NCBI GenBank assembly: GCA_001949185.1
Contig: BDGG01000012.1
Coordinates: forward strand, 1,046,973 to 1,110,972
Origin: Ramazzottius varieornatus
Taxonomy: Eukaryota; Animalia; Tardigrada
Length of the DNA stretch: 64,000 nt
Direction: 5' to 3'
This document shows positions 1 to 13,288 of the stretch, piece after piece; the stretch's first letter is position 1, and each line of letters opens with the position of its first letter. Below the pieces are notes generated by a model, which worked only from the letters and a program-made list of their open reading frames with translations, did no database searches and was not told where the DNA came from. Made by a program: the position numbers and the translations under genes.

Positions 1-10
1 CATCTCTTAT

Positions 11-560
11 CACTGTAGTCTCCTAATACCACCTTTTCACCACCGTTTGTCTGGGCGTACCACCTTTCGTTCACCACCATAAATTAAGCAGAATTTAAAA
101 TCTCTGCGCACCACTCTTGTCTGGAGACAGCGTCTTCCGCACGCAAAGGACTGCGGAAGTGGTTTTTAGACTGTGTTGATGGTAAAAAGATCGAGAAACT
201 GTCACGCCCTCGGAGGAGACCTGCTACCAGAGAGGGATATCGAAGTCCGGTCACTATAACCAAAGAGTTAGCGATGTTCTGGCAAGTTCAGAGAACAGGA
301 AGGACTCACGATCCTAAAGATCCCGCTGTTGACTAATACTTCTTGCCACCTGTAATAGAAGCGTGATCTAACTTTCTTCTCTGAGACAGTAATGAAAACC
401 GATCTGGCATAAAGTGGTGCTCGAAGTCCTTGGTGGTGGCCCTTAATTAGAAAGTGGTGTACGGAGTAAACGGTGGTGATGATTTGGAATTGAAAGGTTG
501 TATTAGAAGACTACGGTGCTGAAACGTGGTACCAGGAGACTATGGTGTTTAAAGGTGGTG
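11..560. mobile_element. Foldback/MITE-like inverted-repeat element in a clathrin heavy chain intron (may extend left of the window)
   Basis: 11-39 cactgtagtctcctaataccaccttttca pairs with 491-518 tgaaaggttgtattagaagactacggtg. 38-68 caccaccgttt...gtaccacctttc pairs with 450-478. The left half is CACCAC-rich and the right half GTGGTG-rich, and the right arm has ~29-bp tandem subrepeats (491, 520, 549). Confidence 0.65.
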
Positions 561-614
561 GGCGAAGCCTTCCCCTATCATATTGGCATATATATATTGG
601 ATGTGTCTTTGTAG

Positions 615-1665
615 ACAAATCATATGCAACTGGTGAAGCCATATCTTCGAGCCGTTCAGAAGTTGAACAACAAGACTGTCAACGAAGCGCTGAACGAGCT
701 TTTCATCGAGGATGAAGACTACACTGGACTGAAGACGTCCATCGATGCCTTTGATAACTTTGACAATATCGCGTTGGCTCAACGGCTGGAGAAGCATGAG
801 CTGATCGAGTTCCGACGCATCGCTGCCTACCTTTACAAGGGCAACAACAGATGGAAGCAGAGTGTCGAGCTATGCAAGAAGGATCGCCTTTTCAAAGTAA
901 GTCGGACTCATCTCAGTGCTGAAGACGTGGATTGACAATGACTCTGCTTCCAGGATGCAATGGAATATGCAAGTGAATCCCGCAGCACGGACTTGGCTGA
1001 AGAGCTCATTGCTTGGTTCTTGGAGCAGAAGAACTATGAGTGTTTCGCCGCAAGTTTGTACCAGTGTTACGACTTGCTTCGGCCAGATGTCATTCTGGAA
1101 CTGTCCTGGCGACACAAAATTATGGACTTTGCCATGCCGTACATGGTTCAAGTCATTCGAGAATACACCGCCAAGGTACAAAAACTAGCTTGTCACCTGA
1201 TTCTTGGTTTCTGTCGGAAAATAGCCTGAAGGTACTGAAAATAAGTAAGAGAGCGACAAAATTCGATGTAGCCAGAGTGGCACAAACCTGCATACTGCGA
1301 CTCTAGGTCAAGTTCGTGGTTGGTGTATGCAGGTGTCTGAAATATCTTCCACATTTTTCGCAGTCTTTGAGATTGTTTCGGCTGGTTCTGGTGAGAGAAT
1401 GTCCAGTCTGATGTGTGTTCTTTGGCAGGTGGACAAGCTGCAGGAGTCGGAAGTGCAACGTAGCCAAGAAGCTGAGAGTAACGAGCAGCAGAACCGTTCG
1501 TTAGGAATGTATCCTGAACCGCCGTTGATGCTGACTGCTGGGCCGGGAATGATGCCTCCGCAGTACGCAACTTCGCCAGCTGGACTCCCTCCGGGGATGC
1601 CAGGTATGGGTGGTGTCTACCAGACACCTTTCGGTGTTCCAGGAGGCTACTATAACTCCATGTAA
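615..1665 (+). CDS. CHC: Clathrin heavy chain, last three exons (5' part outside window)
   Basis: Exons ~615-896, ~954-1175 and 1429-1665 encode [93 protein letters not shown] and a Pro/Gly-rich tail. Confidence 0.97.
1286..1334. repeat. Short inverted-core element ACCTGCATAC-N29-GTATGCAGGT (family 2)
   Basis: Perfect 10-bp inverted repeat at 1286-1295 and 1325-1334, inside the last CHC intron. Confidence 0.7.
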
Positions 1666-3030
1666 GTTAATGACGAAAGACGTGAGTTTCGTTGTCTATA
1701 CACTCGCCTGGCGTTTACATTTACCTGATACCTTGTGACTTTGAAAACTATTCCATTCTACGACACCTTCTCTTGATTTTTACGCGTGACGTTGTTTCTT
1801 TGTGGCGAACCATTCACATTCTCTTTACATCATTATAGATAGCTTAGGTCCTCTACCTGCTACGGTCGTGTACTCTCTCTTCTCATTTTTGTTTTGACTT
1901 GTCTGCTTTTTTAATACCATTACAAACGTTGCATCTCTTCTACGTCCCGGCAAACTTAATAAAAAGCTAGCAAAAGGAATCAGACAGTCCGAAGAACTTT
2001 TCGAAGATGTATCGAGTGTCTGCTTGTTGAATGCATGGCAGCGCAGACGTTGCATGGACGACATGCGTCGTTATGCTTTGTTTACTGAGAAAAATATTGT
2101 TGTGAGTTGACCATCCATTGGTCGTGTGATTAATGATCTTCGCGGAGATCTTTGTGTGTTTTCCGAACGGTAATGTGGTTTGAGTTGAAGTGGGATCACT
2201 GAGATGTCATGCGTCATATACCGACACGTACGAAAACACTCCACTGACGGGAATAAAACTTCATCTCTCATGGTCCTCAATTGTCTTCAAGGTAAAGCAG
2301 AATTCACCGGCGCAAGATGAGGCTTCAGGAACACAATTTTTTTCGGCGGCCTTTGCTTGATTAAAAGTCAACACTTGGAAGTCTCCTAATTGGATTTCAA
2401 AACTGGGCGATATATCATATCGGATGACCATTTATTTTTTTGGGTGAGAAAATTTAGGGCACGGAATGCGATGACGGCATGATTTAAAAGTTGATGTCTT
2501 GGCTGGAGATGCGCTTCGTCGGTCAGCAGTGACCGAATTTTTCCAGCTTAAATGAGGCGTTTACTGTCAGCCGATCTTTGCCGCGTTGCTGCTTTGACGC
2601 TTTTGCCTTGGTTCTTCAAAGCTGCGACATCTTCATTTCCTATAATTCAATCATTTTCTCAGCGCAATCAAAAGCTTCCGTGTTGACCTAAAAAAGCTGA
2701 ACAAAGCTTCGGATTCAAATGCAACATCATCTGTCAGAGTTATTACATCTTTACAAGATCCTACTTCGATGGTAATGGTGATAAAAACGCGGCAGGCAGC
2801 AACACGTCCGTTCAATTATACAGACAACAGCACTTGTTGCTCATTGCGCGCTAACATCATATCCGCCCATAATTACATATCTCACAAGTTCAGCTTCTTC
2901 TTCATTTGCGGTCAACCGCAATCGTCATTGCCATTAACGAGCTGTCATTCAGAAAGTTCCCACGGTCCGGGATGTATGTATAGAATATCCTTCCAAACAC
3001 CGGCAAGTATAGATCGCCGCTACTTCGTCA

Positions 3031-3170
3031 ACCTGCATACAGGGACCCATAATAACGGTAGGGTTTAGTGCAAACATCCTCGAAATACCTGCAAACGGAA
3101 CATCGGCACTGTTTCGTCAGCCTGCATACAAAGACTCCATGACGGCAGGAAGGTTTAGTGTATGCAGGTG
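3031..3170. repeat. Composite family-2 element: direct CCTGCA(T/A)AC cores at 3031, 3088, 3120 and an inverted core at 3160
   Basis: acctgcatac, acctgcaaac, then gcctgcatac-N30-gtatgcaggt. The segments after the 3031 and 3120 cores both end in ggtttagtg. Confidence 0.65.
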
Positions 3171-4154
3171 CACGAAAGCGGCTTCTAGCTTCACGGACGA
3201 ATGGCCTTTCTAGTGAAGAACCTTGCCCACCTTAACAGTTTAGGAGTACTTAACAGATCTGTGGATGTTTGAAAGTGAATCATGCGTTCTATTCTTGAAA
3301 ACAAATTTGTCCATAAAACTTCGTGTGCGAAGCGACAAAAACACTAATCCGCCCATAAAGCCCGAATGTGATGTAGTTTTGAGGTGTCTGATAGAGGCCC
3401 TCAGTAAGCCGATAATTTCCGTTGAACAGATTTTTATGGGGAGAAGATTTTCCGCATTGATGCTTATTTCAGCGTCCGAGGCGGTCACGCTTAACAAAGT
3501 AAAATAGTTGGTCCAAGTTCATAAATTCAAAGCTCAAACGACTCTTGGAAAGACATGGAAGATTTATGGTTCTTTTCTTCAAGTCCAAATTGATAAGACG
3601 GCTGCTGGTTGTGGTCAGGCTTCTTCGGCCCTCAAGGCGACAGACAAGTGGTCAAGATGCCCGACCAACAATGTGCCGCTCTAGAGAGGAGAAGGTATAC
3701 AGCGTGTCTGGCCAGACAATAGGCCGAAAACAAAAAAAGATGATGAAGGATGGTTCATCGGAGGTATATTTGATGTCCGAGCACGAAAACAAACAGATAA
3801 AATTTGCTAATGAGCTCACTGTCCCGTTCAGCTTTTTATTAAGAAACAATGCAAGGGACAACGGGATGTCTACCGGCATTGTTCTTTCCGTACTTCGCAA
3901 AGCGCATATCGGCGACGAGGATAAAATAGATAAAGCTTGCTGAAAGCGAACTGTTTGCCCTACTGATAAATTGCAAACATGGCCGATTGTTCAACAAGGT
4001 TTACTTAGAAAGACCGTACTGAAGTTTGTGCTCGTGTCATGATGACAGACATCTGCGGAAAGGTTAACCGCGTATCTCGGCGTTTTCTTTCCAAGATGAA
4101 GGGAAAAGCGAAGTACGGTCTCGAGAAATGAAAAATACTATGATGATATTTATT

Positions 4155-4277
4155 GGGACGTCGGCAAATGATTTCTCCCAAATGGTTCTCTCAAGTGGTG
4201 CACATTTCCATTGTTATTGGCTGAAGCCGTGCGCCGTTGGGGAATAGGATCTGGGTGAGTTCATCTGCCGACGTCCC
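4155..4277. mobile_element. ~120-bp hairpin MITE-like element (family 1), copy A
   Basis: Termini gggacgtcggc...gccgacgtccc. Cores aagtggtgcac (4193) and gtgcgccgtt (4229) are 25 nt apart. Confidence 0.75.
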
Positions 4278-5941
4278 ATTTTTTGATCTTCATTCGCTTC
4301 TAGTTTTTTCTAGATTTGATTTTATTTCTGACCAGTTTCAGGTTTTTCGACACGTACTGAATATCCCCATATGCGTTGTCTGCCTAATGGGGGCTCGTTC
4401 CGGTCGGACGCGGAAGGGCGTGGCATCATGCATGGTCGGGCCTGTACGGCGTCTGCGCCCTTTCAGCATTCTCTGCAATGGACAAGAAAAGATGAACGTG
4501 CCGCACTAAATGAATGTAAGGAGGATCGAGGCAAGTATGATAGTTAACAATATGATCAACTGACCGCCTTTCTGCGGCATGATTTGCCAGCCTCCAGCTG
4601 ACCATCTTTCTTCAAGAATTTCATCGTCGTGCAGCAGGACGGAGCCACCACGACTAGCTCACTTTCTGACAAGTTCATTATTGCGCCCATGAATTTCTAG
4701 GGTCTCGGATTTCTTCACTTTCATACTGCGGCACCGTCCACACGCCAAGTTTGAAAGTCTCCAGATATCCCCAGCTTGTCATATGGGAACTTCGCTGGAC
4801 GACCTCCTCGCCTAGACTTAATCTAAAGTTTTTTCCTCTGTACTCCAACAGCTCCAATTGCGAGCTTTATGAGGCTGAAGCCGTGTGAGATTCTGACACC
4901 TCCCTGACCTGCCTCACATTTTGCTTCAAAGAACTGGAGGGAGAGCACAGCGGGTGCTGATTGATGACCCGTAAAGAGGCTTCAAAAAATGTCCAAATCG
5001 GCTCTCTTCTGCAGAAAATTATAGAGCACTAGTTGCTGTACCAGCCCACAATTCTCAACACTTCTCAGCAGAGACTACGGAAATTTATCTTGGAGACCTA
5101 TTCCTTGTTGTCTGTGGCGGAAAAGAGCGGCATAACGTATTGTGCAAGAGAATTGACCGCACTCACATGCAGCGTACCTTCGCGTAACCAGGCGGCACTT
5201 GGTCCTTCGTCGAGCTTTTCCGCACTCGGCTTTCGGTAAGTGTTTCCGCGTGTAGTTCAATTTCATCATTTCCACTATGGTAAAAAATCAAACGGGTTAA
5301 GTAAGAGAAAGGTGTTCAGATGAAAAGCCGTATTGTCGGTAAAAGTGTTTTCCTGCAGATGCTTGTCAACATGTGGGTATCACAAACTCCTACTGTGGAA
5401 AGCCACTAGTGGACGCACCGCACGTCCTTGATTATGCTGAAGTCTTTAGAAATTAGCCTACCCGAAAACATCTAAAAACTTCCCCTAAATATTCCTATAG
5501 AGCATTGTCTGGTGGCTTGGATGGTTTCCAAGCGGTTAACCACAAAGAAAAGCGTCAGCAGGTGGACATTATACCCAGCTTTACGAAGCGTGCATCGATA
5601 TAGCCTGTTTGGCTGTCGAGACAAAAGGTTCTGAGGAGAAGTATCACTTTAATGAATTTACTCAAAATCTTTGGTAATCTCTTCAAGAGGCCTTTTGCAA
5701 ATCTGTTGGTCACGGTGTTGGAGTGTTTAAACGTTCGACTGCTCTCTGTTCTTCTAGAGTGTCTGTAGTGTGTACACTATACGCGGGTGGGGATCATCGC
5801 GCTGACCACGAGCTACATGTGTTGAGGATCAAATTTCACACCGCGTGCAGGGTATCATATGCGCGACTTTCTAAAGTGGACTATTCTTCCGCGGATATTA
5901 TGATCCTGCTAATTCCCCGTCTCACCTGGCCCCGCTGTCAA

Positions 5942-8900
5942 ATGGCCGGACAACAGCCGGCAGCTATTTTCTTACTTATTATCCTATTGTCGGCGCACAG
6001 CAGTCTTCACATGGTGGACGCCCAATTAGATCAGTGGACGGACACCGACAGCTACGAACCGCTGGGATGTCGCGACCGACAAATGTGCTGCAAGGGAAGG
6101 GATTCTTCTTGTGTTGTCAGCGAGTTTCATCCCAACAGCATCATCGAGGACCTGGATACAAACCGAACGATCCGCTGCTATTGTGACGAGTCTTGTGTTA
6201 CGCTGGGCGACTGCTGTCACGACCTACGCTCCTTTTGCGGAGGTATGTTTATCTAAGAACTGCAGGAAATATCAGTACCCAATCAACAGATCAAATTTCT
6301 AGCCACACAGAACGTGGCAATATGTCGGAAAGTCTTTCTGGAATTTATACCTGACTTCTTCCGTAACATTTGGTCTCCTTACTAAAAATTTGACAGGGCA
6401 AACTTATTTTGGGCATGAGAATGTCAGTCCGAGACGCCAAGGAAGGTGCAAGGATGTCCGCAAGTGGCCAAGCGGTGTTTGTTTAACATCGGAATTTCAG
6501 GCGAAAAATTCTTAAGGGCGCCATTATGGTGTAATGTATTCAAAGAATGACGGAGAATATGCTTGGGCAGATGTCTTCCTGTTGCCGCTGCGTTATGGAC
6601 AAAATTTGGCCTCTTTTGACTGATCGATCTGTTTACGTTAGACATACACTTGCGGATATGGTCAATGCGTATCCAAGTATGACTTGCCAAAGTCCGGAAA
6701 GGACTCCCAAAAGAAAACGGAAACGCCTTGGCCGGCGTCCACAAGGATCGACGACAATCATTATTGAATTAGAATTCGAGCGGCATTGGATGGGCGTGGC
6801 ACGAACTTAACAGTAAAGCAGAGCTCGCTGAGCGGAACGAACATACCAGTATCTATCTACCACCGACCTGCATACACGCGTTGCATAGGTAAATATCGGG
6901 TTCGTTCTATGCAGGTGCTTGACGTGTAAGGTATCTCGCTCGTAGCGCCCCGAAAGGGTTCTCAAAACAGAATCTTAACCAGCCAAGGCTGCTTTTGAGT
7001 TTTTGTATGAGTATGCGTGTCAGCGTATATCGGTTATCACTGACCCGACGGCACGTTCCGTCGAGTGAAGCCTGTCATGTTTTTTCCTCCTTTCTTGCTA
7101 CATATATCCGGAAGATGACATGGCGTGGTATGATCTTCGAGTGACAGTTTCCACCGATCAAGACATGTAATCCCTCGTCACAGCTTGACCTAAAGGCGAG
7201 AAGAGATGTATAAACATACCCAGTCACTGGCCCATCTTTGCGGCAGGGATTACGAGTGCCGCAAGTAATCTTCGAACGAATTACTGTTATGAGCCCAAAA
7301 ATGGACTTTAAATTGCCATCATCGACAAGCTTCCCCATTCTATCACTTGATTTACTGCGGAAGGCAGCAGTCAAGCACCTAATTACAAGTTAATATCCTC
7401 AGAAACGATCATCAAAAATGTGATTGTAAAAAAACTGGATCGGAATCTCTTATTGGTTTCTCATCAAGTGTCCAGTTAGCACATCATTATTTTCCCAAAA
7501 ACTCTGACCGGGACGGACTTTGCAGGGATTTTATATAGGCTCCTCCATAATTCAATCATTGCAACCAGCGGGGCGCATAAAGCACGAGAATTCTTGTCGA
7601 TTTTTGAAATTGAATTTAAAAGGCGTCGCGGCTTAGTTAAACAGTCAATGTGATAAAGATTAGTGTGACGAACGCAGATGGTGGCCTACATTTATCTATA
7701 TCTCTTCGAAAGTTGACATGCTGCCCCGAAGAGATCAACCCGGTATGCTCAGCGGAAAGATCTTTTGCAAGTCAAGTCAAGTACACTTCCGTCCACTTGA
7801 TCCGCAGTTACACGGACACCGAAAGCTCGCCATTAGACCGTACTTCTAAACTGGACTAACCTTTCCTTAGTTTCGAAAAAATATAAGACAAAGGAAAAAC
7901 GGTATTTCTTTTGCGGAGTCCATAGAGCTCTTCCAAGGTTTCGTTGCGAGAAACCGTAATAGCGACAAGGACGATAGGGTAAGCAACAACATCCGCAACA
8001 AAAAAAGAGGGCGTTTCAAAGCCGACCTGCCCGCAGGATGGGGATAATCATGGGCGGACACAAACATGTTATGCTGGTCGCGTGATTAAGTTGTGAACAA
8101 ATTACCTGGCAAATTAGTTTTCTGAGCAGATCGCGGACAGCGCTTTTGGGGCGGAGAACCCTTCTGTGAAATTGTGCCGAACGAAATATCAGTTTATGAT
8201 TTTCTTGTGTATTGTAGCGCAAGATTGTGAGGTAACTCCTTGGAGTGACTGGAGTCAGTGTAGCTCGGCCTGTGGAGTGGGGAAGATGTCGAGACGCAGA
8301 ACCGTTCTGCAAGAATCGTCAAACGGAGGAAAAGCTTGTCCGGCGCTCCTGCAAACACGTGCCTGCTTCAATAACCAGTGCGAGAAACGCCATGAAATGA
8401 GAGGTACGGTCCAGCTGTCTCCATCACACTATTATTGAAGTTTATGGACCGGTATCCTAATAATTTGACTGTAGAGGTGGCCGCCTTACTTCCGGGAATA
8501 TTCGCCCACGCACGAGACGCCAATGAGACCTTTGACATCCGTCACAACCTGCGTATTAACTATCCAAAAGATCCTGCCGAAGAAAGCAGTCAAGAGTAAA
8601 CACGTCAAATTCATACACATCAAACTTGTCATGCATTCTCTCCCTTGCAGGTACTGCGCTCATTTTGAGGTGACGAAAGCTAGTAAACGATGCAAACTGG
8701 AGGTATGGACATCGAATATCAAGGAAGGAGCTCAGGTTTGTGTCGATTGTCAAAAGGGGGCCATGCGGAAGAAACTCGGTTACAGGTAAGGTCTTGGATA
8801 GTTTGTGATCGTAACTCTTCCTGACCCTCTCGTTTTTCGTTCAAGGTGTAAGGGTCAAGGACTCCTTAACACGGAAACACGCTGGAGTGCTATGGTCAGT

Positions 8901-9058
8901 AGCACACAATGACACAGTATCCATACACCCTAATGCCAAAAGAGCTTATTTGAATTTTGTAGCTCGTTAATGGGTGTCATGGAAAGTGGCTTCTGAAAGA
9001 GCGGAAAGCCGACTGCCACTGCGACGTCAACGACCACAATGCTTTCATTTTTGTCTGA
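5942..9058 (+). CDS. SBSPON: Somatomedin-B and thrombospondin type-1 domain-containing secreted protein (RPE-spondin-like)
   Basis: Signal peptide, SMB domain (CC.GRD..C...CYCDESCVTLGDCCHD) in exon 1 at 5942-6242, TSP1 (DCEVTPWSDWSQCSSACGVG..SRRRTV...NGGKACP) at ~8219-8403, and a C-terminal Cys-rich domain ending FIFV* at 9058. Confidence 0.88.
6866..6916. repeat. Family-2 element ACCTGCATAC-N31-CTATGCAGGT
   Basis: Inverted 10-mers with one mismatch, in SBSPON intron 1. Confidence 0.65.
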
Positions 9059-9547
9059 ACAAACAACAATAGCTACAAGAACCCTCCAAATTACAGCAAC
9101 ATCCTCAACAGACTTCGGAAGTTGTGAGTTTAACACGAGTGGACGAAGACCTAGCCTGTTTCCTATGCGTCACTGCCGCCTGGATGTCAACCGGTTGCCT
9201 CACTGGCTCTTGGTTATTAATATTGTCCATCAAATATAGTTTTGTTTTTTTTTTAATTCATCGGGTATTTTCAGATTTTATGTCGATCATCTCCCTTATC
9301 ATTGGCAGAACGCGAGAAGCTCATGCAAGTTCTATCTTTCGAGTTTCGTATCAGGTACGAATGACTAATTTCGAATTCAAGGCTGGCATCCAACAGGTTC
9401 GTTGGCGACTTTGAGCAAACTTAAGCACCATCAAAACAAAGCGATTACAAGAGTCATTATCACATGATGAATGTTGAATGGAGCGCAACTAAACCCATGC
9501 CTAATCACTCATTGATTGTATCAAACTTTACGGAACATGCTGCGGTT

Positions 9548-10634
9548 TCAATGAGTGGACATCTTGTTCGACGAGGCTTGTTGTGGTCTGATGTAGATCT
9601 TCTCCACCTTCTGCTCTTTCATTGCCGCATAACGAGCTAGAATGAAAAAATACTCTGAGTAAAATAGAAGCCGAATAATTAAGCGTCATCAGAGTACCTA
9701 GGACGAACAGGTAATCGCTCAAGCGGTTGAGAAATTTCAATGGCTCTCCGTCCACTTGTCCATTCAGCACCAACGAAGTCACTGCACGTTCGGCTCGCCG
9801 GCAAACCGCTCGGGCATAGTGAATAAAAACCGCAGTCTTTCCGCCCGACTATAAATCAATTCCGCACACTCTGAACTTTTGAACAATTCAATAGTGTTCG
9901 CTCGTACGGAGAAGAAAAGTTAACTAGCTTACCGGTAGGATGAAGTTTTGAAGTGCTGGCAGTTGGTCCTCCATCCTGTCTATCTGGTCTTCAAGCATCT
10001 TCACATGATGCGGATCGAACCTGGTCTTATCTGCAATGTGCGAACTCATTAAAAAACAGGAACTTACAACGCGTGAAGTTTCGAGTTTTTACCTAGGTGG
10101 GATTTTCGTGCATACGGAAGTGGGGTCGCTAAAGCTGATCCGACGTCCTGTAATAAGCATTGAATCTGCTCCAGGTGACTGTCAAAATTGTGTCCCGCAT
10201 CCGCAGCAAACTCGCGAACTATTCTACACCAAAACACACAATTTGCAGAAACAACACAGCAAGTACCTCGGAGTACAGTACGTGGAAATTAGGCTTACCC
10301 TCACCCCAGAAGGCAACTCAGCTCATCCGTCGTACCTAGAGATTCGAATACATCGTCATCCTTCCGGCGTCTTTCACCGGTGAACGTCGAGCTGGTACCT
10401 GCAATTTACAAATATACGAAACGTACCTTCAATGAAAATCAGACCACCCAGACCTAGCTGGTTGCGCTTAGACACGCTCGTACCTGCATCTCCTGTTTTC
10501 GTATATATACGGATCCGATTAGTTTGCTGACCGGAAGTGACAACATCCGCATAATTCCTTCTTGAAACATCAAGGTGTGACACAGATCGTCTGTTCCAAG
10601 CAAGGGCAAGTCTAAACACTTTGATCCCACGCAT
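9548..10634 (-). CDS. MMAB: ATP:cob(I)alamin adenosyltransferase, mitochondrial
   Basis: Arg-rich targeting-like N-terminus, [72 protein letters not shown]. About 6 exons. Confidence 0.95.
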
Positions 10635-11121
10635 GGCGGACGACGGTAGGATTGCCCGAAAGCCTTCAATGGTCGTACAACACAAACTTTCCTGGACGTT
10701 CGGAAGACGGAAGCCTGAACATTGATTTCTGTCCAACTCGGCGTGGTTCGGCCAGAATACGAGCCGGCTCAGCCAGAATGCGTTGCAAAAGATAATCAGC
10801 TAATCAAGCGGAGAAGTAACAGCACCTATTCTGGAAGGCTGGCTGCAAAGCGCCTTGGTCCGAATTCAGCCGGACCATCGGTGTCGACAATATCGCAATG
10901 TTGTGGTTTAACCACTCGATCAAGCTCAATCAATCGAAATGGACTGTTCTAGGAGCAGCACAACTAGGCGACCATGAGATCTGTTCGTATCACTCCTTAA
11001 CGTCACCGCGTGACTTCGATTCTTCGAACCTGTTCCGGAATTTCGCAACTTTGGCTCATCTAGACATTTGTTTTCTTTTTGCCATGTTTCTTTGATACCT
11101 AGGATGATGAGATAGTCAACC

Positions 11122-12491
11122 ATGCCGGTGGGAGCAGGGAAGAAGGCTCTGTTGGCGTCCTTGGGGCTGATTGCCAGTACGGGAACTGCTGCTGCTCTTG
11201 CCACACTCTGGAAGAAGGATGACGTTGTTGCTCACTGCGCACAGCCGCTTGATCTCTCCTCAAACTTTGTCCAGCTCTATCCCGGACCATCGGCAGGGAT
11301 CCCTGTCGACAACGGACCAGGTCCTAGCACATGCGGGCGATGGGACCAGAGTAAGCTGTCAAATTGCATAACGTGCCTCAATCGAATTTCCAATATTGAC
11401 ATTTGATTATTGATTGACAGCTTAATTTCATCGTGTTGCTTTCTTCTTCCCATTTGCAGACTGGGATCGTCGCGAACCAGCCTCCTTGATCCGTCCTTCA
11501 AAATCAAAGATAGATAGCTCAGGTGGACCGGTCAAGGAGAATGAACTTGCAGCGGCCACTCCAAAAGCCACCCGTAACCTCTTCTTCATCAGACATGGGC
11601 ATTACATGGTCGATGCGATCTCAGACGAGGGACGAGTATTAACAGAGCTTGGTAAGACTTGACAGTTTTTATCGGTCGATCGAGACGTGCAGAAATAGTT
11701 CCTTCCTATCCCTGTTGATCATCATTGATTACGCCGCACAAATATACACGCAGGCTATTTTTGTCCACATAGGTCGCGCACAAGCCAGGACTACGGGTCG
11801 TCGGCTAGCCGAACTAGACCTTCCCTGGACTAAGCTGGTGTATTCGAGTATGGCACGTGCCCGTGAAACTGCTCAGATAATCTCGGAATGCCTACCGAAC
11901 ATTGTTATGGAAAGCACAGACTTGATTCGGGAAGGAGCTCCGATCCCTCCGGAACCTCCTACACCCAACTGGCGCCCTGGGGCCCAGGCACGTAACGTTC
12001 GTTCTACCTTCATAGCTTCTTTTGTAACATGTCTGACCATGTTCGTTTTTAGCAGTACTTTGAAGACGGGGCTCGGATAGAAGCAGCATTTAGAAGTGTC
12101 GTGCATCGGGCGGATCCCGACCAGGAAAAGGACAGCTACGAACTTATCGTCTGTCACGCCAACGTGATCCGATATTTTGTTTGCCGGTAATAAAGCAAAG
12201 TTTAAGTTTTGGTTTTATCGCTCCGCAGTGCGTCAGCTTTTCCCCACGGCAAATTGGAGTCAATTTACAGTTGACACTTACGATGTAATGTTTTTATACA
12301 TTGTCCATCCGATGGTTGGTAACTTCTCTTTTCATTGCAGAGCGCTTCAGCTACCTCCCGAGGCATGGTTACGCATGTCTCTGCACCACGCCAGTATGAC
12401 TTGGTTAGCTATCCGGCCTAATGGAAGAGTCAGTCTGAGGACGTTTGGAGACTCTGGACATATTCCGCCACATCAACTAACGACTTCTTAA
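11122..12491 (+). CDS. PGAM5: Mitochondrial Ser/Thr phosphatase PGAM5
   Basis: [97 protein letters not shown]. Confidence 0.96.
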
Positions 12492-13288
12492 ACCTAAGTT
12501 TCTTCCCGCTACTGTTGGAGTCGTCGTTTGGATGTCGTCGTTTGATGCATAATAATTCTGATAGTTTGTGATAATTAACTCAGTTACGAAGATAGACGCG
12601 TGCCTCATGGAGTACAGCTTTTCTAAACATATGAGTTACTGTAGTTGTCATCCTTTCAAATTCGTAAGGTTCCCCTCCCCCCTACTGTTGGCACCTGTCA
12701 GTGGAAGGATTGAGGCGTTGAGCACACAAAATCCACTTCGTTTTTGCTATAAAATTAATAGTCAGTTTGATTCATGATCGAGACAGTCTTGTCGTGCAGC
12801 ATGCCACAAATGATTTCGCTGCGCACACGAAGATCCAAGTAACCACCATAGATCGGCTCGGAGAACGACTTTCCCGCGAATAACCAGGTCTTTCAGACTT
12901 TAACATGGGACTTCGTCAGCGCTCTGATTCCATTAAAGACGTCAGGAACTTTGAAATGAATTCACGGTACTTCGCGCCTTGACAGTCTGTTTTCCGGACT
13001 TCCGCTTTTGCAGCTCTACATGTATCCAGTCCGTCCCCCGCATATATGCGGCCTATTACGCCACGATATACGTCATGTCGCCTCACATTGCAAACCGTAC
13101 AGTACTGTACACAAAAACGTTATAGTCACTCAGATGATGTGATTTTTCTCTTAGTCAATGAGGATCAACCTTCCTCAACTTGCGTCGGACCACCTGCAGC
13201 TTGTGTAGACGAACTTGGAGCAGGTTCGAACTCTCGGAGTGAGGAAGCGCGCACTGGGAGATTTGTTTGGTCGAATTGCGGCGCCAAG

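Noticed and set aside
3240-3943. ORFs of 80-132 aa between CHC and SBSPON
   Set aside because: No recognisable domain, non-ATG starts and no convincing splice pattern; likely chance ORFs.
13222-13240. B-box-like GGTTCGAACTC suggesting a tRNA
   Set aside because: No acceptor stem, D-arm or A-box could be folded around it.
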